Of a stretch of 27,699 nt of DNA, positions 8,979-17,307 are shown in pieces. This DNA is from Bdellovibrionales bacterium (GTDB lineage Bacteria; Bdellovibrionota; UBA1018; CAIMNF01), in NCBI GenBank assembly GCA_040380025.1, contig JBEIJY010000033.1, positions 1 to 27,699 of the forward strand, read 5' to 3'. Positions within the stretch are counted from its first letter, which is position 1. Each line of letters starts with the position of its first letter. A program made the translations under genes and the position numbers. The notes below the pieces were generated by a model. It saw only the letters and a list, made by a program, of their open reading frames with translations, had not been told where the DNA came from and searched no databases.

Positions 8979-9724
8979 ACCGTACCCTCGACTTTCGAGA
9001 GAACCTGGTCCTCGTGAATCTCGCGAAAAAACATGGCCAGAATGCTCTGATGCTCGTCGATGTATTTTGTGAGACTCCGTACATCCGCCTCGGAGCGAAT
9101 GAGATGGCGGATTGCGTTCCATACCTCTCCCGGGTGATCGTCATTGAGGTCGGTGTGCATGTGCGAGATCTGGCCGGAGACTGCCTTCTCTCCCAGGCGC
9201 GATTTCAACCCGCTGATTTTCTTCGGATCGAGTTTCACATTCACGTATTCCACAAGATACGAATAAACGAGCACGCCCAACGGACCTTCATGGTCCAGAA
9301 GATAAGAAAAGAACCCGGTAAGAAGCTTGGTGGACAGATACGGCTCCGTCGAAAGAATGGTCTCGATGGATGCGCCCGTTTTTTTTGCATCCTCGATGAA
9401 GAGTCGGTCGTGAATCATCTCTTCATACTCGTAGTGCGCCCAGATTTGAGCGGCATCCGGAGAGATTTTGGCCACTTCCGCCAGTGTTCTCGATTCGGAG
9501 ACCCGAAGAAGCCGGATCCTCAAAGCTGTCTCGATCAGAAACCGCTGATAATACGCGGTATGAATTTCACCTTTCTCAAAGTGGGTGGCGAAAGGAACCG
9601 TCGCATTCCATTCTTCGATTTTATGGTCGATATAACGATCGATTTTTCTACGAAGCTCATTCGAATCTTCGATCGTAAGAAAAGGTTTTTGACGTTCCAT
9701 TCCGGTGTGTTTGCATCGATTCAT
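8975..9724 (-). CDS. Heme-oxygenase-like dimetal oxidase (HDO; TenA/PqqC/CADD fold, iron-containing redox enzyme)
   Basis: All-helical-looking 249-aa protein with YEEMIHDRLFIEDAKKTG (EExxH), YSYLVE and HMHTDLNDDH candidate metal-ligand motifs. AAGGGGAG RBS before ATG 9724. Confidence 0.8.
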   Translation of the reverse strand: MNRCKHTGMERQKPFLTIEDSNELRRKIDRYIDHKIEEWNATVPFATHFEKGEIHTAYYQRFLIETALRIRLLRVSESRTLAEVAKISPDAAQIWAHYEYEEMIHDRLFIEDAKKTGASIETILSTEPYLSTKLLTGFFSYLLDHEGPLGVLVYSYLVEYVNVKLDPKKISGLKSRLGEKAVSGQISHMHTDLNDDHPGEVWNAIRHLIRSEADVRSLTKYIDEHQSILAMFFREIHEDQVLSKVEGTV

Positions 9725-9773
9725 TTTGGTTCTCCCCTTGATTTGTGATTGCTTATGGAAGCGAAATGGCGAC

Positions 9774-9790
9774 ATGCACTCTCTGTGCCA
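9774..9790 (-). promoter_or_regulatory. sigma54 (RpoN) -24/-12 promoter for the oxidase/ATP-grasp operon
   Basis: Minus strand reads TGGCACAGAGAGTGCAT: GG-N10-GC spacing with TGGCAC and TGCA. Predicted +1 is near 9764, about 40 nt before ATG 9724. Confidence 0.7.
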
Positions 9791-10155
9791 TCATTCGCGA
9801 GCCTCTTGTTTTCGGATTCGGGGGCGGAAAATTGGGCTCAATTTCGCAGTTCCACCGAGCGAAGCCGGAGATCCGTGCGGATTTTTAAACAATCACTGTA
9901 GATCGCGGGAGAGTTCCAGGCCGGACAAAGCCAGAGGACTGCTGAAGCGAGGGTCGAGACGTCCCATTTTCCGGTCATAATTGTCACGGAGAAGGGACGC
10001 CATTCGTTATATTATTGAAATTTAATAAATCGCGGGCGTTGCGATCCGGTACGAACCAGCCCTCATGTTGATTGAGTGATGACTCAGGAGATTCATCGGT
10101 TGGCAAGCCCCTCGATCGGGCCCAGAACGCAACGACCGCCGCCCGGGACTTCCAC

Positions 10156-10176
10156 AAATGCAATATGTTTGCATTT
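10156..10176 (+). promoter_or_regulatory. Palindromic operator AAATGCAA-N5-TTGCATTT (Zur/Fur-family-like) overlapping a predicted -35
   Basis: Perfect 8-5-8 inverted repeat. Its right arm supplies TTGCAT, followed 17 nt later by TATCAC (10192..10197). Identical arms recur at 12161..12181. Confidence 0.7.
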
Positions 10177-10205
10177 ATGAAAAACTCCGTGTATCACCAA
10201 GGAAC

Positions 10206-11243
10206 ATGCAAAATCGTGAAAAAGAGATCCTGTTCCTGTCTCTCGAGGACGTTCTGGCTTCCGGCGGCGCTGACATGGCCCTTGCCGCTCAGGATGTCGA
10301 CCGCGGCTTCGCCCTTTTGCTTCAGGGTCGCATTCAACAGCCCCACAAGACGACGCTGAAGCCGGCCGGAACCAACGAGCAAGGCACCGGGCTTGTGAAC
10401 TTCCTGCCCTCGTACGTGAACTCCGGAGAGCAATCCATTTTCGGCCTGAAGGCGCTGGGCGCAATGCCCTCGAATGTGGCCAAGGGAATGCCCCGCGCGA
10501 CCGGTTTGATTCTTCTTTTCGACCCCGAAACGAAATCCCCTCTTTGCGTCATGGATGCACAAGTCATCTCGGCCACTCGAACCGGCGCAGTTTCGATGGT
10601 CGCGGCGCGAAAGCTCGTGCGCGAGGATGAGGAAGCAGTCGGGCTCATCGGATCGGGCGTGAACATGCGGACCCAGCTTCTGGGATTGAAACTCGCGCTT
10701 CCGCGTCTGAAATACGCGCGGGTGTATTCGCGCGGGGAATCACGCGAGATCTTCGCGCGCGAGATGTCCGAGAAACTCGGAATGGACATTGTTCCGGTCG
10801 ACTCCGCCCGGGCCGCCAGCGAGGGAATGAAGACGATCGTCACCTGCCTTGCGAATGTGAGTTCTCCGGTGCTCATGGATCGACACGTGGCCGAATCGGG
10901 CGTAACGGTCTTCAACATTGGCTGCTACGAGAGCGAGGCAGTTCTCCTCAATCGCATGGACCGGGTGATTGCGGACATCTGGGAACAAGGAAAACACCGT
11001 GGCGTTCAGACCCATGCCATTGCTGTCCGGGACGGAGTCATTCCCGAAACGAAGATCGAGAATCTCGGTCCCATTCTGATCGGCGAGAAAGCCGGAAGAA
11101 CCCGTTCGGAAGAAAACATTTTCTTTTGTCCGACAGGGCTCGGGTTTCAGGATGCCCTGGTGGCAATGCGTGTGTACCAAACAGCGATAAGCCAGGGCCG
11201 CGGAACCTCCCTTCGCCTGTGGAATGATTCAAAATGGATCTGA
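10206..11243 (+). CDS. Ornithine cyclodeaminase/mu-crystallin family protein (SbnB-like fold)
   Basis: ILFLSLEDV, GLKALGAMPSNVAKGMPRATGLILLFDPET, ISATRTGAVS, Rossmann VGLIGSG, GLGFQDALVA. AAGGA precedes ATG 10206. Confidence 0.9.
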   Translation: MQNREKEILFLSLEDVLASGGADMALAAQDVDRGFALLLQGRIQQPHKTTLKPAGTNEQGTGLVNFLPSYVNSGEQSIFGLKALGAMPSNVAKGMPRATGLILLFDPETKSPLCVMDAQVISATRTGAVSMVAARKLVREDEEAVGLIGSGVNMRTQLLGLKLALPRLKYARVYSRGESREIFAREMSEKLGMDIVPVDSARAASEGMKTIVTCLANVSSPVLMDRHVAESGVTVFNIGCYESEAVLLNRMDRVIADIWEQGKHRGVQTHAIAVRDGVIPETKIENLGPILIGEKAGRTRSEENIFFCPTGLGFQDALVAMRVYQTAISQGRGTSLRLWNDSKWI

Positions 11244-12124
11244 TCAAATCCCTGCGCGCGCGCACCTCATCGATCCCGCAAGAGACTATCACCTTTGGCT
11301 GGGTGGCGCTTGCTCTTCTCGCCTCGTCCATTGAGCCTCTGATCGTGAAGCTTGGCTACCGGACCGGTTCGGATCCGGTCTCGCTTCTGGCGTGGAAGCT
11401 CATTTTCGGGGGGATATTCATGCTTCCGCTCATGGTCCGGAACCGGGACCTTCCGAAACAAAAAATCCCGGTCCTTCTTTGGATCGGTGCCTGCTTCTCA
11501 CTGCACTATCTTGCCGTGTTTTATGCCCTCACCCGGACCTCGGCTTCGATCCTGGTCACTTTTCTTGCCAGCACACCGGCCCTGGTGGCCCTCATGAACC
11601 AAATGAAAATGCGTGAAAAAGCCGGCAGGAAATTCTGGTTCTGGTGGGCGGCCTGCTTTTTCGGAGTCTTGCTGAGCCTGGACCTCTTCGGAACCGCCGG
11701 AGTCCGTCTCGATGGACCGGGAATCGCCCTTTGCGGGACTGCGGTGGCGCTCTCCGCACTCTACCGGGTTTCGATTGATCATTTCACGCGCGGACTGGAA
11801 CCGCTCACGGTATCGGGCGCCATCTTCGCGATCGCGGGTATTGTCGGCCTTGCGCTGATTCCCGTGGCACCCCCGATGAATTCACAGGGCTACTTCTCGG
11901 CACTCTGGATGGGACTTGCCGGCGCCGCCGCGAACATCGCCTTCGTCCAGGCGCTCAAATCGCTGGGCTCCACCCGCATCTCGGTTCTGACCCTTCTTCA
12001 GCGTCCGCTCGTGATTTTTCTTGCGGCAATCCTGCTCGAGGAACCGCTCGGAGCCCTGCAGGTCGCGGGAGTCGCCCTCGTGATTCTGGGGTCGCGTTAT
12101 GCCAAGGTCGAAAAAAGGGTTTGA
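11234..12124 (+). CDS. DMT/EamA family transporter
   Basis: About 10 hydrophobic segments in two repeats; FYALTRTSAS, ALKSLGSTRISVLTLLQRP, LLEEPL. Overlaps the upstream gene by 10 nt. Confidence 0.9.
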   Translation: MDLIKSLRARTSSIPQETITFGWVALALLASSIEPLIVKLGYRTGSDPVSLLAWKLIFGGIFMLPLMVRNRDLPKQKIPVLLWIGACFSLHYLAVFYALTRTSASILVTFLASTPALVALMNQMKMREKAGRKFWFWWAACFFGVLLSLDLFGTAGVRLDGPGIALCGTAVALSALYRVSIDHFTRGLEPLTVSGAIFAIAGIVGLALIPVAPPMNSQGYFSALWMGLAGAAANIAFVQALKSLGSTRISVLTLLQRPLVIFLAAILLEEPLGALQVAGVALVILGSRYAKVEKRV

Positions 12125-12160
12125 TTCGTGCCCTTTTTCATCGTTCGAAACCCTGAAATC

Positions 12161-12181
12161 AAATGCAATTTACTTGCATTT
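12161..12181 (+). promoter_or_regulatory. Second AAATGCAA-N5-TTGCATTT operator, upstream of the ABC operon
   Basis: Reads AAATGCAATTTACTTGCATTT and ends 28 nt before GTG 12209; the first copy ends 30 nt before its ATG. Confidence 0.7.
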
Positions 12182-12208
12182 AAGCTGCGATCAAGGTAGG
12201 CAAATCTT

Positions 12209-12925
12209 GTGATCCAAATTCAATCTCTCTCCAAACAATACCCGTCCCGGGGAGCCACGGTCAGCGCTGTTTCTGATGTCTCCCTCTCGATTCCGAAGGG
12301 CGAGATCTTCTGCCTTCTCGGGGGAAATGGCGCCGGAAAATCCACCCTCGTGAACCTGCTCATGGGATTCCTTGAGCCGAGTTCCGGAGATGCACGGATC
12401 GACGGCGAATCGATTCGGGATTCCATTCCGGCCATCCGGAAAAAAATCACCTACATTCCCGATCAGGTGAATTTGTATCCGGAACTGAGCGGAATCGAGA
12501 ATCTGGAATATTTTTTGAGCCTTTCGTCACCCGAACTCGCCCGCGACCGCGACTTGTTGCGACGCGCGCTTCTTGCCGCCGGACTCGACGAGAAGGCGCT
12601 TACCCGCGCGACCGGGGAATATTCGAAGGGCATGCGCCAAAAAGTGGGGGTTGCCCTTTCGATCGCGAAGAAATCGAAAATTCTCATTCTCGATGAACCG
12701 ACCACCGGGCTTGACCCTGAGGCCTCGAACGACTTTGCCCGTCTTCTGACCTCACGCTCGCGCGAAGAGGGAGTTACGATTTTCATGGTCACCCATGACC
12801 TTTTCCGTGCGAAGCAATCCGGCGACCGAATCGGAATTATGAAATCCGGCCGCCTTGTCTATGACTCCTCCACCCGGGATTTGTCTCATGAATCGCTTGA
12901 AAAAATTTATCTCGATTATATTTAA
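12209..12925 (+). CDS. ABC transporter ATP-binding protein (ABC-2/exporter-like)
   Basis: Walker A GGNGAGKS, signature YSKGMRQK, Walker B LILDEPTTGLD, H-loop MVTHD; GTG start. Confidence 0.96.
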   Translation: MIQIQSLSKQYPSRGATVSAVSDVSLSIPKGEIFCLLGGNGAGKSTLVNLLMGFLEPSSGDARIDGESIRDSIPAIRKKITYIPDQVNLYPELSGIENLEYFLSLSSPELARDRDLLRRALLAAGLDEKALTRATGEYSKGMRQKVGVALSIAKKSKILILDEPTTGLDPEASNDFARLLTSRSREEGVTIFMVTHDLFRAKQSGDRIGIMKSGRLVYDSSTRDLSHESLEKIYLDYI

Positions 12926-14345
12926 TACTGACTGGCGCCGGCACCCCGGATCGGTCATTGCCCGCTCGGAGTTCCGGCAAATGCTCCGGGGGTGGCTTCC
13001 GCTCACACTCGTCGCGTTTCTTTGGTTTTTGATCGCGGTTTGCGGGGTTCTGGAAGCGGGACGGAACCGCAATCTCTCTGAACAGCACCAGACCGTGGCG
13101 CAACTGGAGCGTGAGGCATGGACCGGGCAACCCGACCGGAATCCCCACCGGGCGACCCACTTCGGCCAATTCGCATTCCGCCCCCCTGCTCCGCTCGGGC
13201 CATTCGAGCGGGGAATCCACCCGTATGCCGGATCGGGAGTGTACCTTGAGTCGCACGTTCGGCATGAGCCGGTGCTTGCGCCTTACCTCGGCACCCCTCC
13301 GTCCTCGCGAATGGGTTTTTTTGACATCAATGCCATTTTGAATCTGATCCTTCCCCTTGCGCTTGCGTTCCTCGGGGCACGTCGCATTCCTTACGAAGCG
13401 AGGTCGGGGCTTCTTCGGATCCTCGAGAGCGAAGGCGCGAGCCGATCGGCCATTCTGGTCGGGAAGACCCTAGGGCTTTGGGGAGTTGCCTTTTTTTGCT
13501 TTGATCTGCCCCTGTTTTTGATCGGAGTCGGATGGTTCTCGTGGTTTCTTCCCGCAATGATCCCGCACCTTTTCTTTTTGCTCGTGGTCTGCGCCCTCTA
13601 TCACTTGACCATTTCGGCCGTGATCATCGGGGTCTCCTCGTACGGCCGATCAGAGCAAGGATCCGTGGCACTCACACTCGGAGTGCTCCTTGGACTGAAT
13701 CTGTTTCTTCCGAAGGCACTACCACCCTTGTCTGAGCTTCTTGTTCAGGAAAACGGCGTCGGAGAGCTCAGACGAAACCTCTATACCATGCTGTCTCAGG
13801 CTCCCGACGGACACCGCCCGGGAGGAGCGGAGTTCGAAAAAATCAAGGAATCACTCCTGAATCAGTACGGGGCGAAGGCGCTCGAGGAACTACCCATCAA
13901 CTATGAGGGCGTGATTCTTCAGGTCGCAGAAGAGAAGTCATCCGCCATCTTTCAGCAGGTTTTCAGGGATCAATGGGACCGATTCCTGAGACAGGAAGCG
14001 CTGACCCTTGCCCTCGGCGCGATCGCGCCCGCGTTGACCCAGCGGGTGCTGGCGATGCATTTTTCGCAAACGCACCTTCGCGATCAGATCCACTTCGAAG
14101 ACCGTGTCGAGAAACACCGCTCGGATTTCGTGCGCGAGCTGAATCAGATGGTGACTGCGATTCCCCACAAGGAGAGAAAAACAAAGAAACTCCCCTCGAG
14201 CACCTGGGAGCAAATTCCGTCCTTCCGATTTGAGTCCCTGTCCTTTTTATCGGCGCTCCGGAACGCGTATCTTCCCTTTTTGATCGCGGCGCTTCAGTGT
14301 TTCCTTGCGCTACGATTCGTCGCGAGAAGGAGGCTCCCGGGATGA
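12888..14345 (+). CDS. ABC-2 type permease, DUF3526 family
   Basis: IARSEFRQMLR N-terminus, PDRNPHRATHFGQFAF and YLESH motifs, E..SGLLRIL EAA-like loop, multiple TM segments. Exact start uncertain. Confidence 0.8.
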   Translation: MNRLKKFISIIFNTDWRRHPGSVIARSEFRQMLRGWLPLTLVAFLWFLIAVCGVLEAGRNRNLSEQHQTVAQLEREAWTGQPDRNPHRATHFGQFAFRPPAPLGPFERGIHPYAGSGVYLESHVRHEPVLAPYLGTPPSSRMGFFDINAILNLILPLALAFLGARRIPYEARSGLLRILESEGASRSAILVGKTLGLWGVAFFCFDLPLFLIGVGWFSWFLPAMIPHLFFLLVVCALYHLTISAVIIGVSSYGRSEQGSVALTLGVLLGLNLFLPKALPPLSELLVQENGVGELRRNLYTMLSQAPDGHRPGGAEFEKIKESLLNQYGAKALEELPINYEGVILQVAEEKSSAIFQQVFRDQWDRFLRQEALTLALGAIAPALTQRVLAMHFSQTHLRDQIHFEDRVEKHRSDFVRELNQMVTAIPHKERKTKKLPSSTWEQIPSFRFESLSFLSALRNAYLPFLIAALQCFLALRFVARRRLPG

Positions 14346-15607
14346 AGAATCTTTTTTGGAAAGAATGGAAACTCCTGACCCGGGACCGCGTGTTCCGCGT
14401 GTCGGCGGCGCTCTTTTTTGCGCTCTCGTTTTTCTCGCAAATCCATGGAATCTGGATTCTTCATCGTTTTGAGACCGACCAAAAGCAACTGGTCGAGGCC
14501 TCGAAAGCGAGTACACAACTGTATGCGAAGGAGGCTAAGAGTGGAAAGATCAAGCTCGGCTCGCTTGCGTCGAAAAGTCGCTTTCCGTTCACCGCTCAGT
14601 TTGCTCCGGGTGCCGCACTGGGGGTTGCCGCGGTCGAGCGGTCTCCGCACACCATCGAACTCTCCTTGAAGTCCTTCACCCCGCAGGTGTTCACCCCGGT
14701 ATTCGTGAACCCCCTGCGAACCGCACTGGGCGGATTTGATTTCTGGGGAGTCCTGTCGATCTTTCTTCCGCTTTGGTGTCTTGCGCTGACCTTTTCGTTT
14801 TATTCGCGCGAGAAGGATCAGGGGACCTTGCGACAGATCCAGGCCGAGGGCGGGAGCATCGCTCCGCTCATGGCGATGAAGCTCGCTGTGGTTCTGACGG
14901 TGATCACCTTTTGTGTGTTGATTGCCGTGGCCGTAGGAATTGCTCTCACCGCGCCCCCATCGGAGTGGGGTGGGCTTCTGAGATCGGTTTTGCCCGCGGT
15001 TCTCACCCATACGGTATTCTGGTCATTTCTTGGGACTTTGATCTCGTTTTTGAGATTGCCTGCGATGCAATCCGCGATTCTGGCGGTCGGAGCCTGGATC
15101 ATGTTGAACCTCATGATGCCTGCCGTGAAAACTGCAAATGAGGGTTATGCCCTTCAAGAATCGAGCGTTCGCCTGCTCTCGCAGCAGAGAATTATTTTGA
15201 ATCAGTACTGGGAGAAAGACCGCGCCGGCCCATTGGCCGATCTGAAGCAGCCGCCAGAATGGTCTGTGAACAGCATCGCGACCGAACCCAAGGAATTCTC
15301 GTGGGGGTGGTTTTTTACCGCCCACAATGCGGCGGACCTTGCCGTGCAGCGGGAGCTTCTTGACCTTTTCGAACGGATTCGCGAAACAGCAGAGAAGGTT
15401 TCCTCTTCTTCGATGGCGGGGCTTCTCGAGTCCAAGCTCGATTACGCAATCCACGAGACCCATCTAGACCGGAAGATCATGCTGTATGATCTGTTGTTTT
15501 ACCGGATCCGGCTCCTGGACCACTTGGTCCCGATGATGATCCCGGACAAGGAAATTCCGGTGGAAGAGGCTGCTCGCATTTTGGGAGGAGCACGGGGAAT
15601 TCAGTGA
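14342..15607 (+). CDS. Second ABC-2 type permease, DUF3526-like
   Basis: MKNLFWKEWKLLTRDR, NPLRTALGGFD, SREKDQGTLRQI. AGGAGG RBS and ATGA overlap with the upstream permease. Confidence 0.8.
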   Translation: MKNLFWKEWKLLTRDRVFRVSAALFFALSFFSQIHGIWILHRFETDQKQLVEASKASTQLYAKEAKSGKIKLGSLASKSRFPFTAQFAPGAALGVAAVERSPHTIELSLKSFTPQVFTPVFVNPLRTALGGFDFWGVLSIFLPLWCLALTFSFYSREKDQGTLRQIQAEGGSIAPLMAMKLAVVLTVITFCVLIAVAVGIALTAPPSEWGGLLRSVLPAVLTHTVFWSFLGTLISFLRLPAMQSAILAVGAWIMLNLMMPAVKTANEGYALQESSVRLLSQQRIILNQYWEKDRAGPLADLKQPPEWSVNSIATEPKEFSWGWFFTAHNAADLAVQRELLDLFERIRETAEKVSSSSMAGLLESKLDYAIHETHLDRKIMLYDLLFYRIRLLDHLVPMMIPDKEIPVEEAARILGGARGIQ

Positions 15608-15744
15608 TTTGAAAGAACGGATCGCATCTGATCCAATTCACTCACTCCTTTGCTTCGGCCTCAGGCTTCTTCACTGGTCCGACGACCCCGGCTTCCAGAA
15701 TCTCACAAAAAAACAAGTTTGCTCAACTCTGAATTCGGCAGAAA

Positions 15745-17154
15745 TCAGCCCTCGTGTTGATCGAGCAACAAGTCGGCGGATTCCTCGACCCCCTCCTGCG
15801 GCAACAGCTGCTGTGCTTCGGCCTGGGGCAAGGCCTCGACGTTCTTCAGCTTTTGGCCAATGGTTCTCGTTTTCGTTGCGGCCAAGGTGATGGTTTTTTG
15901 GACGGTTTGGAGCTGCTCGCCCGCTTTTTCGAGGATTCCACCAAACTTCCCGAACTCGGTTTTGACCGCACCCAACACCTTCGAGATCTCACCCGACTGT
16001 TTTTGAATCGCAAGGGAGCGGAAACCCATTCGAAGACTGGTGAGGAGTGCAGTGAGCGTCGTGGGACCGGCAATGGTCACGCGATGCGTTTGCTGGATCC
16101 GATCCACAAGCCCGGGGCGCCTCAAAACCTCGGCAAAGAGACTTTCGACCGGCAAAAACAGGATTCCGAAATCCACCGAATACGGCGGATGCACGTACTT
16201 GTCGCGGATGTCACGCGCGCAGGATTCGATGCTGATTTCGAGCTGTTTTGCCGAAGCCTCGGCAAGCTCGGGCAGTCCCTTCTCCTGGGCATCCAGCAAG
16301 CGCTCGTAGTCCTCTTTCGGGAACTTGGAGTCGATCGGAAGCCAGACATGCTCCTGCCCTTCTTCTTTGCCGGGAAGTCGGATCGCGAACTCGACCATCT
16401 CGGGGCTTCGGGGACGGATTCGGACATTCCTCTCGTACTGCTCCGGCGTGAGCATATCCTCCAAAAGGGCACTGAGCTGGAACTCCCCCCAGGTTCCGCG
16501 GGTTTTCACATTCGTGAGCACCTTCTTCAGGTCCCCCACACCAACAGCGAGGTTTTGCATTTCGCCAAGCCCCTGATGAACCTGCTCGAGCTGCTTGCTC
16601 ACCTGGGCGAAAGACTCACCCAAGCGCTTCTCGAGCGTGCCCTGGAGCTTTTCGTCCACGGTTTTGCGCATTTCATCGAGTTTTCCCTCGTTTGAAGTGC
16701 GGATTTCATTCAGACGATTCTCGATGGTCTGATTGAGCTGGGCTTGCCTGCTGTCATTCGATTTCGTGAGCTGCTCGATCGTGGTGGCGAAGGAATCGAG
16801 CTGGGCTTTTTGTCCGTTGGCCACTTCGCCTTGAGCAAGAACGATCGAATCCTTGAAGCCCAGGAGCTGATTGACCATGGTGTCGTTGGCGCTTTTGATC
16901 GAGTCGCCCACTTCCTTTCTGAGGCTCCCCATGGCGGCTTGGAGCTCTTGCCTTGATGAAGTGAATTCATTGCGAAGAGAGATTTCGACCCGGGAGGACT
17001 CGTCGCGGATGGTTTTGTCGAGCGATGCCTGGATTTCCTTCAAAAGAGCGAAAAGCTCATCATTCCGGTTGCTTTTGGACCTGAGAAACAAGAGCACAAG
17101 AAGAACAAGGTTCAAAACCGAGGCAAACAAGAAGATCAGAGACGGAATTTCCAT
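15745..17154 (-). CDS. rmuC: DNA recombination protein RmuC
   Basis: N-terminal TM anchor, coiled coil, TVDEKLQGTLEKRLGESF, NVKTRGTWGE, LPIDSKFPKEDY, FGILFLPVESLFAE, AGPTTLTALL. The start could be 17154, 17166 or 17172. Confidence 0.96.
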   Translation of the reverse strand: MEIPSLIFLFASVLNLVLLVLLFLRSKSNRNDELFALLKEIQASLDKTIRDESSRVEISLRNEFTSSRQELQAAMGSLRKEVGDSIKSANDTMVNQLLGFKDSIVLAQGEVANGQKAQLDSFATTIEQLTKSNDSRQAQLNQTIENRLNEIRTSNEGKLDEMRKTVDEKLQGTLEKRLGESFAQVSKQLEQVHQGLGEMQNLAVGVGDLKKVLTNVKTRGTWGEFQLSALLEDMLTPEQYERNVRIRPRSPEMVEFAIRLPGKEEGQEHVWLPIDSKFPKEDYERLLDAQEKGLPELAEASAKQLEISIESCARDIRDKYVHPPYSVDFGILFLPVESLFAEVLRRPGLVDRIQQTHRVTIAGPTTLTALLTSLRMGFRSLAIQKQSGEISKVLGAVKTEFGKFGGILEKAGEQLQTVQKTITLAATKTRTIGQKLKNVEALPQAEAQQLLPQEGVEESADLLLDQHEG

Positions 17155-17307
17155 ACAATGATCCATTACCACAGAGTCGTGTCATCCGGGGACTTTTGCG
17201 CCGGAATTGCATGCGGATCGCACCGAGAAAAGCACACCGGGGTCTGAACGGAATCATGGATGACACATCTTCATGCGCAAAACCTGATTCTGTTAGAATA
17301 AGGAAAT

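Noticed and set aside
5514..9748. Long plus-strand ORFs (6033..6785, 6884..7717, 7989..8543, 9014..9748)
   Set aside because: Antisense shadows of well-supported minus-strand genes.
9725..10155. RiPP (graspetide) precursor for the ATP-grasp enzymes, including ORFs 9705..9980 and 10072..10359
   Set aside because: I found no short ORF with an RBS and Ser/Thr/Lys-Asp/Glu core repeats. The enzymes are 394-434 aa and look like amino-acid ligases rather than RimK/MvdD types.
10206..11243. Calling the gene sbnB or the locus a staphyloferrin B cluster
   Set aside because: No SbnA or IucA/IucC synthetases in the window; only family-level similarity can be supported.
3525..12124. Identification as the mangotoxin (mbo), beta-ethynylserine (bes) or belactosin cluster
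   Set aside because: It shares the HDO plus ATP-grasp logic but lacks the amidinotransferase, halogenase/PLP enzyme and radical-SAM genes characteristic of those pathways.
15754..16695. 313-aa plus-strand ORF
   Set aside because: Antisense shadow of rmuC.
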